A DNA stretch of 64,000 bases from an uncultured bacterium (GCA_963519465.1 CAUQMY010000003.1:69313-133312); one strand, 5' to 3'; positions 7,525 through 18,218 are shown, counted from the stretch's first letter. The notes: generated from the letters alone by a model not told the origin. Program-made: numbers and translations.

Positions 7525-9579
7525 CTACAGCCCAATGATTGCCAGTAGAGGTGAAATGACCATGTCAATGGCCTTGATTCCGATAAAGGGAGCTGCAATG
7601 CCGCCCAGGCCAAAGACCAGCATGTTATGGGAAAGCATTTTTTCTGAGCTCTGGAGTTTGTATTTTACCCCTTTCATCGCCAGGGGGATCAGGCAGGGAA
7701 TGATGATTGCATTGAAAATCAGAGCCGAAAGAATGGCACTGTATGAGGTGGATAACCCCATAATATTTAACATTCCCATCTGAGGGATCACTCCCATAAA
7801 CATTGCCGGAAAGATAGCGAAATACTTTGCTACGTCATTGGAAATGCTGAAGGTGGTAAGGGATCCTCTGGTAATGAGTAACTGCTTTCCGATTTCTACC
7901 ACATCAAGGATTTTCGTGGGATCAGAATCCAAATCGATCATATTGGCTGCTTCTTTTGCCGATGAGGTGCCGCTGTTCATGGCGATCCCCACATCCGCCT
8001 GAGCCAGTGCCGGAGCATCGTTGGTCCCGTCTCCGGTCATTGCTACTACTTTTCCTTTTGCCTGCTCTTCCTGAATGGCCTTTATCTTATCTTCCGGTTT
8101 GCATTCGGCAATAAAACTGTCTACCCCGGCTTCCTGGGCAATGGTAGCTGCAGTCAGCGGATTATCCCCGGTACACATGACGGTTTTGATGCCGATGGAG
8201 CGAAGCCGCTCAAACCGCTCTACAAGCCCCGGTTTTATAGTATCCTTTAAATAGATGACTCCATAAATTATGTTTCCTGCACAGACCACCAATGGAGTTC
8301 CGCCTAGCTTTGAGATCTGGCTGACCTTTGTTTCTAAATCTGCCGGTACAGTTCCGGATAAATCTAACGCATACTTTCGTATAGAATCATAAGCACCCTT
8401 ACGGATCCTCATTCCATCCGGCAGGTTTATCCCGCTCATTCGCGTCATTGCGGAAAAGGGTTCCGACTCCATTCCCGGCACCGGTTCCTCACGCTTTCCA
8501 CTTAATCGCCCTCCCAGTTCTATGATGGATTTTCCTTCGGGAGTGTCATCCCCTAAAGAACTCATGACCGCATAATGAATCAGTTCTGATTCGGTGATTC
8601 CTTCCACCGGAATAAATTTGGCAGCCATACGGTTTCCATAGGTAATGGTTCCGGTCTTATCAAGGATCATGGTATCCACATCTCCGCAGGCTTCCACTGC
8701 CTTGCCTGACATGGCTATGACATTAAACCGTGTCACACGGTCCATTCCTGCAATTCCAATGGCAGAAAGCAGACCGCCTATGGTGGTTGGGATCAGGCAG
8801 ACAGTCAATGCCACCAAAGCGGCAATGGGGAGGCGCACCCCGCTGTATATTGCAATGGGATAAAGAGTGACGATAACAATTAAAAAGATGATGGTCAGGC
8901 TTACAAGCAGCGTATTCAGTGCGATTTCATTGGGAGTTTTTTTACGGGAAGCACCTTCTACCAGAGAGATCATTTTATCCAGAAAAGATTCTCCGGGACT
9001 CGATGTGATCTCAATTTTCAGCCAGTCGCTTATGACTGTGGTCCCGCCGGTCACTGACGCAAAATCGCCGCCGCTTTCCTTTACCACCGGAGCAGATTCT
9101 CCGGTAATTGCCGATTCATCGACGGAAGCAATGCCTTCCATAACCTCTCCGTCATTTGGAATGATCTCACCAGACCGGACGATTACAACATCTCCTTTCT
9201 TCAAAAGCCCTGCGCTTATTACATTTTCCGTGTTATCCGGCCCCAACAGATGTGCCTGCATATCTTTTTGAGTCTTTCGCAGTGTCTGGGCCTGTGCTTT
9301 CCCCCTCCCCTCTGCCACTGCTTCCGCAAAGTTAGCAAATAGCAGCGTCATAAAGAGAATCACAGTAACCAGAATGTTGAAAAAACGAAGACTGTTGTCC
9401 TGATCTCCGAAAAGTCCCGGGATAAAGCAAAGCAGAAGTGTTAAAAAACATCCAGCCTCCACCACAAACATCACCGGATTTTTTATCATATACCGCGGAT
9501 TCAGTTTTAAAAATGACCCTTTGACCGCGGACTGTAATATATCCCTTGTTATAAATTTGGTTTTTGATTGTTTGCTCAT
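7525..9579 (-). CDS. kdpB: Potassium-transporting P-type ATPase subunit KdpB
   Basis: 684 aa. DKTGTIT phosphorylation motif, TGDNPLTA and [12 protein letters not shown] motifs. Confidence 0.97.
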   Translation of the reverse strand: MSKQSKTKFITRDILQSAVKGSFLKLNPRYMIKNPVMFVVEAGCFLTLLLCFIPGLFGDQDNSLRFFNILVTVILFMTLLFANFAEAVAEGRGKAQAQTLRKTQKDMQAHLLGPDNTENVISAGLLKKGDVVIVRSGEIIPNDGEVMEGIASVDESAITGESAPVVKESGGDFASVTGGTTVISDWLKIEITSSPGESFLDKMISLVEGASRKKTPNEIALNTLLVSLTIIFLIVIVTLYPIAIYSGVRLPIAALVALTVCLIPTTIGGLLSAIGIAGMDRVTRFNVIAMSGKAVEACGDVDTMILDKTGTITYGNRMAAKFIPVEGITESELIHYAVMSSLGDDTPEGKSIIELGGRLSGKREEPVPGMESEPFSAMTRMSGINLPDGMRIRKGAYDSIRKYALDLSGTVPADLETKVSQISKLGGTPLVVCAGNIIYGVIYLKDTIKPGLVERFERLRSIGIKTVMCTGDNPLTAATIAQEAGVDSFIAECKPEDKIKAIQEEQAKGKVVAMTGDGTNDAPALAQADVGIAMNSGTSSAKEAANMIDLDSDPTKILDVVEIGKQLLITRGSLTTFSISNDVAKYFAIFPAMFMGVIPQMGMLNIMGLSTSYSAILSALIFNAIIIPCLIPLAMKGVKYKLQSSEKMLSHNMLVFGLGGIAAPFIGIKAIDMVISPLLAIIGL

Positions 9580-9592
9580 AAAAAGTTCCTCC

Positions 9593-11287
9593 TCAGCTCC
9601 ACAGAATTAAATGCTCTGCAACAGGTCCCAGCACCATGACAGGAAAAAAAGTAAGTGCTGCAATGATTAAAACTACCATAAGGAGCGATACCGTAAATGT
9701 TCCTGTATCTGTTTTCAGTGTTCCTGTCGACTGGTTTACCGGATGCTTTATAAGAAGAGAACCTGATATTGCCAGAGAAATAAGGATCCCTAAATAGCGG
9801 CCGAAAAACATCACCAGTCCGGTGGTTACGTTATAAAACAGGGTATTGTCTGATAGACCTTCAAAGCCGGAACCATTATTGGCAGCAGAGGACGAAAACT
9901 CATATAGTATCTGAGTCAGTCCATGGTACCCGGGATTGGTGATGCCGGCAAGCCCGGAAGGCACAGATACTGCCAATGCAGTGAAGAGAAGTATGAGCAT
10001 GGGGTGAATGATGATCCCCAGTGCAGCAAGCTTCATTTCTTTTCCTTCAATCTTCTTTCCAAGGTATTCCGGCGTCCGTCCGATCATCAGGCCACAGATA
10101 AATACAGCAAGAATGGCATAAAGGATCATATTCATAAGCCCCACTCCCTTGCCCCCAAATACCACATTCAACATCATATTCATAAGGGCAGAGGCACCTC
10201 CCAATGGAGTTAGAGAGTCATGCATGTTGTTGACGGAACCAGTGGTAAAGGCAGTTGTAACGGTTGTAAACAGGGCAGACTGGGCGATTCCAAACCGGAC
10301 CTCTTTCCCTTCCATATTCCCCATACTCTGGTCCAGACCTGCATTTAAAAGGATTGGATTTCCATTTGATTCGGAAAGAAAGCAGATCATGAGGCCAGCC
10401 AGAAGGATAATACACATAACAGCTAATAGAGGCCTTGCCTCCCTGCCTAGCAGTCCTTCTTTTTTCCTGCTGCCTGCCATATGCCCAAAAGCAACGACAA
10501 ATGAACCTGGCATCACCATCATGGCAAGCATTTCTGCTATATTGGTAAGTACATTGGGATTTTCAAAGGGTGCCGCTGAATTTGCACCTAAAAAACCTCC
10601 TCCATTTGTACCAAGGTGTTTTATGGATTCCAGCGCGGCTATGGGACCCATAGCAAGATCCTGGAATTTTCCTTCTACTGTCTGTACTGTCACATTGGCC
10701 GACAGGTTCTGGGGAACTCCCTGAGATACCAGAAACAGTGCAAGAACCAGGGATAACGGGATCAACACCCGAGTGATGATACGAACCATATCCCGGTAAT
10801 AATTGCCTACTGTTTTGCATTTTCCGGTAATTCCTCTTAAAAATGCCATACATACTGAAAAGCCGGTAGCAGATGACGTAAACATGAGAAATATGATTAC
10901 CATCATCTGGCTGAAATAAGATAAGCCGGACTCCCCGGAGTAGTGCTGTAAATCCGTATTTGTTATAAAACTGATCACCGTGTTAAACGCCAGGGAAGGT
11001 TCCATAGCTCCGATCCTGTTGGGATTTAAAAAGGGGAAAGACGGAAGCCTTAATATAAGGTAACCGGCAATTGCCATCAGCCCATTGGTGGATAACATGG
11101 CAATGGCATACTGTTTCCAGTTCATCTCATCTTTTCCGATTCCGCAAATGCGGTAAATAACGTGATCAATGGGATTAAATACAGGATCTGCAAAGGTTTT
11201 TTTATCCAACGCGATTTGGTATAGATACTTTCCGGTCGGAAGGATAATGATAAAAAATACGATTAAAACAAGAATTATCTGTAACAT
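9593..11287 (-). CDS. kdpA: Potassium-transporting ATPase subunit KdpA
   Basis: 564-aa polytopic membrane protein. Full-length KdpA-like sequence (NGGGF, GTNGGG-type selectivity loops). Gene order is kdpF-A-B-C. Confidence 0.95.
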   Translation of the reverse strand: MLQIILVLIVFFIIILPTGKYLYQIALDKKTFADPVFNPIDHVIYRICGIGKDEMNWKQYAIAMLSTNGLMAIAGYLILRLPSFPFLNPNRIGAMEPSLAFNTVISFITNTDLQHYSGESGLSYFSQMMVIIFLMFTSSATGFSVCMAFLRGITGKCKTVGNYYRDMVRIITRVLIPLSLVLALFLVSQGVPQNLSANVTVQTVEGKFQDLAMGPIAALESIKHLGTNGGGFLGANSAAPFENPNVLTNIAEMLAMMVMPGSFVVAFGHMAGSRKKEGLLGREARPLLAVMCIILLAGLMICFLSESNGNPILLNAGLDQSMGNMEGKEVRFGIAQSALFTTVTTAFTTGSVNNMHDSLTPLGGASALMNMMLNVVFGGKGVGLMNMILYAILAVFICGLMIGRTPEYLGKKIEGKEMKLAALGIIIHPMLILLFTALAVSVPSGLAGITNPGYHGLTQILYEFSSSAANNGSGFEGLSDNTLFYNVTTGLVMFFGRYLGILISLAISGSLLIKHPVNQSTGTLKTDTGTFTVSLLMVVLIIAALTFFPVMVLGPVAEHLILWS

Positions 11288-11308
11288 AGATTCATCACTG
11301 CCTTTCTG

Positions 11309-11386
11309 TTAAAATTTATCAGCATTCATCAGGGCATACAGCAGATACGCTGCCAATGCAAATACTACAAAACCCAAAATCATCAT
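11309..11386 (-). CDS. kdpF: KdpF small subunit (25 aa)
   Basis: MMILGFVVFALAAYLLYALMNADKF. GGAGG RBS upstream. Sits 21 nt upstream of kdpA. Too short for the ORF track. Confidence 0.75.
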   Translation of the reverse strand: MMILGFVVFALAAYLLYALMNADKF

Positions 11387-11493
11387 GATTGCACCGCCTC
11401 CCCTCCTGTTTCTTTCGTTCTCTCACAGTGTAGCACGTTCCTCATTAGGGTGGTGTAAGGGTTTCCCGGTATGAATTAACACGGCATTAAGAC

Positions 11494-11539
11494 AAAAAAA
11501 CACCACCTCACTCTCTTATAGAAGAAAGCGAAGATGGTG
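11494..11539 (-). terminator. Intrinsic terminator after kdpE
   Basis: CACCATCTTCGC...GAGTGAGGTGGTG stem followed by TTTTTTT on the minus strand. It separates kdpDE from kdpFABC. Confidence 0.7.
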
Positions 11540-11543
11540 TCAG

Positions 11544-12260
11544 TTACATGGATTTTCCGTCCTCCGAAACCCGGAGCATACGGTACCCAATGCCAATATG
11601 GGTTTGAATATATTTTAAATCGGAATCCGATTTTTCTATCTTTTTCCGAAGAGTCGCCATGAATACTCGCAATGCCGGTATATCGCTGGAGTAATTTCCC
11701 CAGATTTCATGGAGAATAAAATTGTGAGTAAGTACCTTTCCCACATGTTTTGCCAAAAGACAAAGAAGCTTGTATTCAATAGGGGTTAAGTGAATTTCTT
11801 CCCCATTCAGCCATGCACATCCGGCGGAATAATCAATTTTTAAGTTTCCATTTATAAAGACCGTGGAATCCTTTATAGGCTTATCCTGGTCATACCGAAT
11901 CCGGCGGAGACTTACCCGGAGCCGCGCCAGCAATTCGTCTACATAGAACGGCTTGGTCAAATAATCATCTGCACCTGCATCAAGAGCATCTACTTTATCC
12001 TGATTCTCGCTGCGGGCACTGACTACAATAATGGGAACATTGGACCATTCCCTGATCTTTTTAATGATATCAACGCCTTCCATATCCGGCAGACCCAGAT
12101 CCAGAATTATGATATCCGGCTGGCTGGTGGCTGCTTCCAAAAGAGAAGCGGCTCCTGTTTCTGCTGTATGATAAAGATATCCCTGTGTTTCAAGAGTCGT
12201 GGTGATGAGCTTGCGGATGGCTTTGTCATCTTCCACAACCAGAATGAGCGGTTTATTCAT
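11544..12260 (-). CDS. kdpE: OmpR-family response regulator KdpE
   Basis: 238 aa. Receiver plus winged-helix domains. Overlaps the kdpD stop. Lies immediately upstream of kdpFABC. Confidence 0.9.
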   Translation of the reverse strand: MNKPLILVVEDDKAIRKLITTTLETQGYLYHTAETGAASLLEAATSQPDIIILDLGLPDMEGVDIIKKIREWSNVPIIVVSARSENQDKVDALDAGADDYLTKPFYVDELLARLRVSLRRIRYDQDKPIKDSTVFINGNLKIDYSAGCAWLNGEEIHLTPIEYKLLCLLAKHVGKVLTHNFILHEIWGNYSSDIPALRVFMATLRKKIEKSDSDLKYIQTHIGIGYRMLRVSEDGKSM

Positions 12261-14946
12261 GCAGATTCACCTCCTCTGCCTGCAAAGTAAAACCAAGTAT
12301 GGTTCCCGTGGGAACGTTGTTTTTTACATAGATTCTTCCACCGTGGGCGTGGATAATGGATTTGCAAAGGGATAGCCCCAGACCGATTCCTCGCCGTCCA
12401 TCTCCCCGTATATTATCAGCCGTATAAAACATATCAAACAGCTTTTCTTTTGCTTCATCGGATATACCGGGACCATTGTCCGCAATCTCTACACAGGCTG
12501 ATTCCCCTTCCTGTTTTGCTGTAATGACAATGGTAGAACCTTTTGGTGTGTATTTAATGGCATTGTCAATGATATTTACTATTACCTGCATGATCAGCTG
12601 GGAATCCATCTTTGCCATCAGAAGTTCGTCACTTACTGCTGTCTGGATTACATGATCCACATGGTTCCGGTTGATATGGAGCAGTGCTTCTGAAATCACT
12701 TCTGAGATCAAATCTGGCTGCATGGTCAGGTTTAGAGCCCCATTGTCGATCTTTGTTATGGAAAGTAAATTTTCCACCAGATTAATCAGCCACATGGAAT
12801 CATCGTAAATATCCGTATAGAGACCTCTTTTTTGCTCCTCGCTTATAACGGCACCATTGGACATCAGTATTCCCGCATTGCCGGATATGCTGGTAAGAGG
12901 TGTTCGCAGATCATGGGAAATTCCACGCAGCAGATTTGCACGGAGTTTTTCCTGCTGCATCTGCATGGAGATCTCTTTCTGGGTTCTATTGAGTTCTTCT
13001 TTTTCCAAAGCCAGGGAACATTCTCCTAAAATGGCGATGACAATGCTTTTTTCAAAGGCCTCTAAGGGACTTTCTCCTTCCATGGAAACCCCTACTACGG
13101 AAAGAACTTCTCCTCCGCTGCGGACTGCTAGATATAAGCATTTTGCTCCGGAGAGCGTACTTGTGGTTGCTCCTGCACGTTTGTTATTTTTAAAGACCCA
13201 TTCCGCTACCGCCCGCTCTTCGATTCCAAGATACTGCTCTCCTCGTTCTCCTTCTTCTTTCCTATAAAATACCTCTGGCTTTTCTAAGCCATTCTGATCC
13301 GAGGGATAGATGATGATCGTCCGGTCCAATAACTTGATCATCTGATAAGCAGTCTCCTTTAATATATCCTCCCGGTCCTTTGCCTGCTGCAATTTCTGAC
13401 TGGTTTCCAAAAGCACTTCTGTCCGGTAGGCTTTTTCTGATGACTGTCTTGCCTGCTCCTTGATCTGCCTGGTTAAAGTACTGGTAATCAGGGCAGCCGT
13501 CAGCATGATTAAAAACGTAACCGGATAGCTTGGAAAAAACGCCTGAAAGGAGAAGCGGGGTTCTGTAAAGAAATAATTAAAGATCAGTACACTCAGTATG
13601 GAGGAAACCACACTGTATAATCTTCCTTTTGTAAATACTGCATTGACCTGGACGCCTAAGATATAGACGGTCATGATATTGGCAACACTAAAATCCAGGA
13701 TATCAAATAAAAATCCGATCGCCGTGCAGATTACCAGCAACGCTAAGGATTTAAACGTATCAGCAAGTGAAAGATCCTCAGGCTTTCCAAGTTTCAAAGC
13801 ATAGCTGGAAAAAGCAGACTGCGTATCCGGGATGATATAAATATCCGTGGCCGGAGCCAATTCAGTCAGGGTGTCCATGTAGTTCCTTTTAAACCAGCGT
13901 TTCGTCCGCAGAGAACGTCCCATAACGATTTTGGATACCCGGCTCACTTTCGCATATTCTGCGATCTGCACCGGAACATCTTCCCCGTATACGGTGGAAA
14001 TCTGCGCACCTAACTGCTCTGCGAGTCTTAAGTTCTCCATAAGAGCTTCCTTATTCTTTTCACTCAGCTCTCTTGCTGCCGGAGTTTCCACAAACAAGGC
14101 GGTAAATGTCCCTTTAAAGGCCTCTGCCATCCGTGCGGCTGTCCGTATTACTTTGGCATTGGATGGGGCGGAGGACAAACATACCAGAATATGTTCATTG
14201 GAATACCCGGTGTTGTTATTTTCTGGCTCATTTCGTGCAGCGATCCGGTTAACCTTGTCTGCCGTACGGCGCAGAGCAATTTCACGGAGAGAAACCAGAT
14301 TTTCCTTGGTAAAGAAGTTTGTTAATGCTTTCTGTGCCTGGCTTTCCTTATATATTTTCCCTTTATTTAAACGGTCGATCAAATCATCCGGTTCAATATC
14401 CACCAGTTCAATCTGGTCCGCCTCGTCAAATACACTGTCTGGTATCCTCTCACGCACATAAATACCGGTAAAGGATTCCACAATGTCATTCAGGCTTTCT
14501 ATGTGCTGGACATTAACCGTGGTATAGACATCGATTCCTGCTATAAGCAGCTCCTCCACATCCTGATACCTTTTCTTATGCCGGCAGCCGGCGGCATTGG
14601 AATGGGCAAATTCATCCACAAGGATCAGATCCGGGTGTCTCTGAAGCGCAGAATCCAAATCAAATTCACTTAGCTGAATGCCTTTATAGGAAAGCACCAA
14701 TGGAGAAAGTATTTCCAGTCCTTCCATAAGTGCCATGGTTTCTGGTCGGACGTGGGGCTCTATGTATCCGGCAACCACGTCAATGCCGCTAACTTTCGCT
14801 TCATGAGCGTCCTGCAGCATGGCACATGTCTTGCCGACACCTGCTGCATATCCAAAATAGATCCTGAGCGTTCCCCGTTTCTGCCCGGACGGCAAAGTTT
14901 TTAGCTGTTCTAACAGACATAAAGAATCCGTCTGATGGATTGCCAC
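12253..14946 (-). CDS. kdpD: Sensor histidine kinase KdpD
   Basis: 897 aa. N-terminal KdpD domain with P-loop (GYAAGVGKT), Usp-like region, TM block, GAF-like region, H-box (ISHDLRTPLT) and HATPase. Confidence 0.95.
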   Translation of the reverse strand: MAIHQTDSLCLLEQLKTLPSGQKRGTLRIYFGYAAGVGKTCAMLQDAHEAKVSGIDVVAGYIEPHVRPETMALMEGLEILSPLVLSYKGIQLSEFDLDSALQRHPDLILVDEFAHSNAAGCRHKKRYQDVEELLIAGIDVYTTVNVQHIESLNDIVESFTGIYVRERIPDSVFDEADQIELVDIEPDDLIDRLNKGKIYKESQAQKALTNFFTKENLVSLREIALRRTADKVNRIAARNEPENNNTGYSNEHILVCLSSAPSNAKVIRTAARMAEAFKGTFTALFVETPAARELSEKNKEALMENLRLAEQLGAQISTVYGEDVPVQIAEYAKVSRVSKIVMGRSLRTKRWFKRNYMDTLTELAPATDIYIIPDTQSAFSSYALKLGKPEDLSLADTFKSLALLVICTAIGFLFDILDFSVANIMTVYILGVQVNAVFTKGRLYSVVSSILSVLIFNYFFTEPRFSFQAFFPSYPVTFLIMLTAALITSTLTRQIKEQARQSSEKAYRTEVLLETSQKLQQAKDREDILKETAYQMIKLLDRTIIIYPSDQNGLEKPEVFYRKEEGERGEQYLGIEERAVAEWVFKNNKRAGATTSTLSGAKCLYLAVRSGGEVLSVVGVSMEGESPLEAFEKSIVIAILGECSLALEKEELNRTQKEISMQMQQEKLRANLLRGISHDLRTPLTSISGNAGILMSNGAVISEEQKRGLYTDIYDDSMWLINLVENLLSITKIDNGALNLTMQPDLISEVISEALLHINRNHVDHVIQTAVSDELLMAKMDSQLIMQVIVNIIDNAIKYTPKGSTIVITAKQEGESACVEIADNGPGISDEAKEKLFDMFYTADNIRGDGRRGIGLGLSLCKSIIHAHGGRIYVKNNVPTGTILGFTLQAEEVNLHE

Positions 14947-15143
14947 GATGACCCACCTCCTTTTTTAGCTTCTATTATAGCATTTAAAAAATCAGGATAG
15001 TATTATTATTTTCATATCAACATTAAGATTGCATTAAGATGACAAAATATACGGCATCAATAGAAATCACTTCAGTTCCGGCATATACATGCCTTGTTTC
15101 TATGATATAATGTAAGATATTTAAGAATTGGAGACCAGAACTT

Positions 15144-16046
15144 ATGAAACTTGACCGCTTACTGGGAATACTCACTACCCTGCTTCAGAATGAGCGGGTG
15201 ACCGCCCCCTATCTTGCAGAGAAATTCGAAGTTACCAGACGTACCATCAGCAGAGATATCGACGCATTATGCCAGGCAGGTATTCCGGTAATTACCCATC
15301 AGGGAAGCGGAGGCGGTATCTCTATTGCTGATGGATTCAAGCTTGATAAAAGCGTTCTGACCGCTGATGAACTTTCCGGGATCATTGCAGCGCTTAAAGG
15401 AATCGGAAGTGTCATGGACAAGTCTCATATTGAGAATACCCTGGATAAATTATCTGCCAATAAAGAAATGGTCCTGTCCCTGCGTGAACCGGTTGTCATT
15501 GATCTCGCTTCCCATTACAAAGGGAGCCTCACAGAAAAAATCAAGCAGCTTAAGACTGCCATCCAGGAGACCCGGTTGGTGGAATTCGACTATTATTATG
15601 AAAAAGGAATGACGCGCCGACGCATGGAACCTTATTTCATCATCTTCCAGTGGACTTCGTGGTATTTATTTGGTTACTGCCAGGACCGGGAGGACTGGCG
15701 GCTGTTTAAGCTCATGCGTTTATGGGATCTTCATCTTTGCACGGAAACCTTTATTCCACGGGAAATTCCCCCAGAAAAGAGAAACTTTAATGACAATCTG
15801 CCCGATGACAAAAAACTGGTGGCACTGTTTGACCCTACAGTCCGTTATCAGCTCATAGAAAACTACGGTCCCAAATGCTATACGGAAACAAACGATGGAC
15901 TTCTCCGCCTGGAGATCGGTTATACAAACAGGGAGTATACCATCTCATGGATTCTAAGCTTCGGAGATAAGGTCAAGGTAGTGGAACCATCTGACATGGC
16001 TGCACAAATCAGGCACATCGCGGAAAATCTTTTGAAACATTATTAG
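15144..16046 (+). CDS. YafY-family HTH/WYL-domain transcriptional regulator
   Basis: 300 aa. N-terminal HTH (RVTAPYLAEKFEVTRRTISRDIDAL), central WYL region and C-terminal WCX-like part (GDKVKVVEP). Confidence 0.85.
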   Translation: MKLDRLLGILTTLLQNERVTAPYLAEKFEVTRRTISRDIDALCQAGIPVITHQGSGGGISIADGFKLDKSVLTADELSGIIAALKGIGSVMDKSHIENTLDKLSANKEMVLSLREPVVIDLASHYKGSLTEKIKQLKTAIQETRLVEFDYYYEKGMTRRRMEPYFIIFQWTSWYLFGYCQDREDWRLFKLMRLWDLHLCTETFIPREIPPEKRNFNDNLPDDKKLVALFDPTVRYQLIENYGPKCYTETNDGLLRLEIGYTNREYTISWILSFGDKVKVVEPSDMAAQIRHIAENLLKHY

Positions 16047-16072
16047 GAACAGGACATGCTATTGTCCTGTTT
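16047..16072 (+). terminator. Hairpin (GAACAGGACA / TGTCCTGTT) plus TTTTCT between the WYL regulator and the next gene; possible partial terminator
   Basis: Read directly. Followed by a near-duplicate of the -10 region seen upstream of the regulator gene. Confidence 0.4.
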
Positions 16073-16107
16073 TCTATGATATTATTTTATAAAAGGAGGA
16101 CATTTCA

Positions 16108-16815
16108 TTGATTCAGGAACAGATAAAAAGCTATGATGATTTTGTGGAAACTCTGCTTGATGCCGGTTTCTCTATGGGCGGGGGGAACAGTGAGGGAATA
16201 TATTCTGTCATCTCATGGAACTGGGACCAACAGCCTCCATATGAAACACCGGTACGCTGGCATACCGGCAACCCTGATACCGACCCATGGGAATGGCGTA
16301 TCCGGGTTTTAGAGGAACGCGATGACATTGCTTATGCCAAACTGTTTTTCAAAAAAAGCGGTTATATTGCAAAAGAATGGATTCCATATTTTCTTGCTGT
16401 CCGAAGAGGAAACCGGACACTGGAAGAGGAATACGAAAACGGTGTCATCAGCACACCGGCAAAACGGATCTATAAAACCGTTTCAGAAAACGGAGTTTTG
16501 CCGCTCCATTCCATCAAGGAGCTTGCAGGTTTCGGTAAAGAAGACAAATCTCAATTTGATCGGGGATTAGTGGAATTGCAGACAAAAATGTTTTTAACCA
16601 TGTGCGGAAGGCAGCAGAAAAGATCCCAAAAAGGCGAGGAATATGGCTGGTCATCCACCGTCTTTTGCACCCCCGAGAGTTTTTGGGGAGAAGATGTGTT
16701 AGAAAGAGCCGCTCAAATCAGAACCGAGGAAGCGATTCAAAAAATAACAGAGCGCATCCTTACGCTGAATCCCAATGCAGAACCAAAAAAGATATTAAAG
16801 TTCATAAAAGGTTAA
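16108..16815 (+). CDS. Hypothetical protein, possibly an AlkZ/YcaQ-related winged-helix protein
   Basis: 235 aa. TTG start 8 nt after AAAGGAGGA. The NPDTDPWEWRIRVLEE..AYAKLFFKKSGYI region recalls short AlkZ-related proteins often paired with YafY-type regulators. Family assignment is from memory only. Confidence 0.4.
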   Translation: MIQEQIKSYDDFVETLLDAGFSMGGGNSEGIYSVISWNWDQQPPYETPVRWHTGNPDTDPWEWRIRVLEERDDIAYAKLFFKKSGYIAKEWIPYFLAVRRGNRTLEEEYENGVISTPAKRIYKTVSENGVLPLHSIKELAGFGKEDKSQFDRGLVELQTKMFLTMCGRQQKRSQKGEEYGWSSTVFCTPESFWGEDVLERAAQIRTEEAIQKITERILTLNPNAEPKKILKFIKG

Positions 16816-16824
16816 ACATCTTAA

Positions 16825-17118
16825 TCCGGAGGGCTTAACTGGATCACCTTTTGTACCGGACTTGGCAGCGACAAAGCAAAACGCATCGAAAACTGCACCC
16901 GCGCCAGTGTGTGCTTCAACACAGATGGAGCCTATAACATCACTCTAGTTGGAAGAATTGAGATTGTAACAGATCCTTATGTAAAACAGGAAATGTGGTA
17001 TTCCGGTTTGGAGCATCATTTCAGCGGTCCTGATGCTCCGGGATACTGTGTTCTGCGTTTTCACACAGAACGGTACAATCTTTGGATCGATTATAAAGAA
17101 ACCCAGGGTATCTTATAA
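16825..17118 (+). pseudogene. 5'-truncated pyridoxamine 5'-phosphate oxidase (PNPOx/general stress protein 26)-family gene remnant
   Basis: The frame is open from 16825, right after the preceding gene. It reads ..WITFCTGLGSDKAKRIENCTRASVCFNTDGAYNITLVGRIEIVTDPYVKQEMW.., which corresponds to only the C-terminal two-thirds of such proteins. There is no start codon or RBS at the 5' end. Confidence 0.6.
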
Positions 17119-17439
17119 GGGATCAATACGGATCACCCCTCCGCATAAGCAGGATAAGACGCTGGTACTATAAAGAGCCGGTTCCCCATTAATTTTATGG
17201 TCCTTATTCTCTATCAGCCATGGTATTAAAACCACTGGAACACACGGCTGAGGAGGGGTCATCCGCTGGCATGTACCAAAACAGGTATAATTGACCCCCG
17301 GCTTGTAATCCATGACAGATGCCTGTTTTCTGTCCCCAACGACCGCACCATGACTGGTGGGAACCTTTAAACAGCACCCACAGCTGCCCATGGAACATTT
17401 TAATGTAACCCCTTCAACCACCTCAAACTTCTCACTCAT
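17113..17439 (-). CDS. DUF4280 (PAAR-like) domain protein, orphan
   Basis: 108 aa. GVTLKCSMGSC...LKVPTSHGAVVGDRKQASVMDY.PGVNYTCFGTCQ....PPQPCVPV....W......KINGEPAL...SVLSCLCGGVIRI matches the DUF4280 Cys/Gly pattern. RBS GAGAGAGG. Confidence 0.75.
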   Translation of the reverse strand: MSEKFEVVEGVTLKCSMGSCGCCLKVPTSHGAVVGDRKQASVMDYKPGVNYTCFGTCQRMTPPQPCVPVVLIPWLIENKDHKINGEPALYSTSVLSCLCGGVIRIDPL

Positions 17440-17612
17440 TTGTAATACCTCTCTCTGAATAAATTATATCATTGAAAATCCAAAAAATGCCGCAGGCACC
17501 AATTAAGCCTGCCTTTTCCTTTCATATTCCTTCACATTTTTGTAAAAGGCATGATTGAAAAAAGCAGACTTTTAGGGAGCATTGGTTTTCCGTAAGGAGC
17601 CCGCATTGGATT

Positions 17613-17680
17613 TTGATTACAATATATACGAATTTTTCAAAAAAAGGAGCATCTTGTAAGAATTAACGGTTTGTATGTAA
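17613..17680 (-). promoter_or_regulatory. Conserved 68-bp upstream element, copy B (box1 TTACATACAAACCG, 34-nt spacer, box2 TTCGTATATATTGTAATCAA)
   Basis: Box1 matches copy A (4154..4221) at 13/14 and box2 at 19/20, with identical 34-nt spacing, by my count. Lies 173 nt upstream of the DUF4280 ATG. Confidence 0.6.
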
Positions 17681-17714
17681 TAATAAGTACAAATTTTTCT
17701 AATAGCAGTTGATC

Positions 17715-18218
17715 TTAATCCGCTTTTAATACCTTTACGATCTCTCCCACATAGCATTGGTGGTAGTCTTTTTCCGGATAATTCTTACCATCCAGGGATT
17801 CATCTGTAAATCCGGCAGGGTCAATACTCTGCTTATAGAGTTTCCGGCAGATGAGCACAAGCTTTGCCTCTGAAAAATAGGGAGCATCTCCATCAAAGAA
17901 GGGGATAAGCCCGGTTTCTTCTTCCTTATTCACATCACGGCCGGAATGAGAACCACAGTAGGAAAGTGCTGCCCGGTACTTCTCATCAAAAAAATTAAGC
18001 GCATAGTACTCTTCCCTGTCTGCAAATTCCAGTGTATACCTTTGAGGCCGTAATACGATCGTGGATACGTTCTTCCCCCACATCACTCCGATTCCTCCCC
18101 AGCTGGCGGTCATCATATTATAACTGTTTTCATTTCCGGCAGAAATGAGCATCCATTCCTTTCCTATTAATGTAACAGGATTTACCGGCACCTCTAAAAG
18201 ATCTACTTCTCTTAACAT
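17715..18218 (-). CDS. Flavin reductase-like FMN-binding domain protein
   Basis: MLREVDLLEVPVNPVTLIGKEWMLISAG..YNMMTASWGGIGVMW is typical of this family. GGAGG RBS precedes this internal ATG (track ORF extends to 18287). Confidence 0.75.
   Translation of the reverse strand: MLREVDLLEVPVNPVTLIGKEWMLISAGNENSYNMMTASWGGIGVMWGKNVSTIVLRPQRYTLEFADREEYYALNFFDEKYRAALSYCGSHSGRDVNKEEETGLIPFFDGDAPYFSEAKLVLICRKLYKQSIDPAGFTDESLDGKNYPEKDYHQCYVGEIVKVLKAD

Noticed and set aside
10149-10724. Antisense ORFs inside kdpA, with similar ones inside kdpB, kdpD, guaB, groEL, addA/addB and the purine permease gene
   Set aside because: All lie opposite well-supported conserved genes and give low-complexity products. 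They are typical shadow ORFs.
11387-11493. Possible c-di-AMP (ydaO-type) riboswitch upstream of kdpFABC, as seen in some Bacilli
   Set aside because: Only about 100 nt separate the kdpE terminator from kdpF, and I saw none of the paired ACGGGG/CCCA-type conserved cores. KdpDE is encoded next door and probably controls this promoter.
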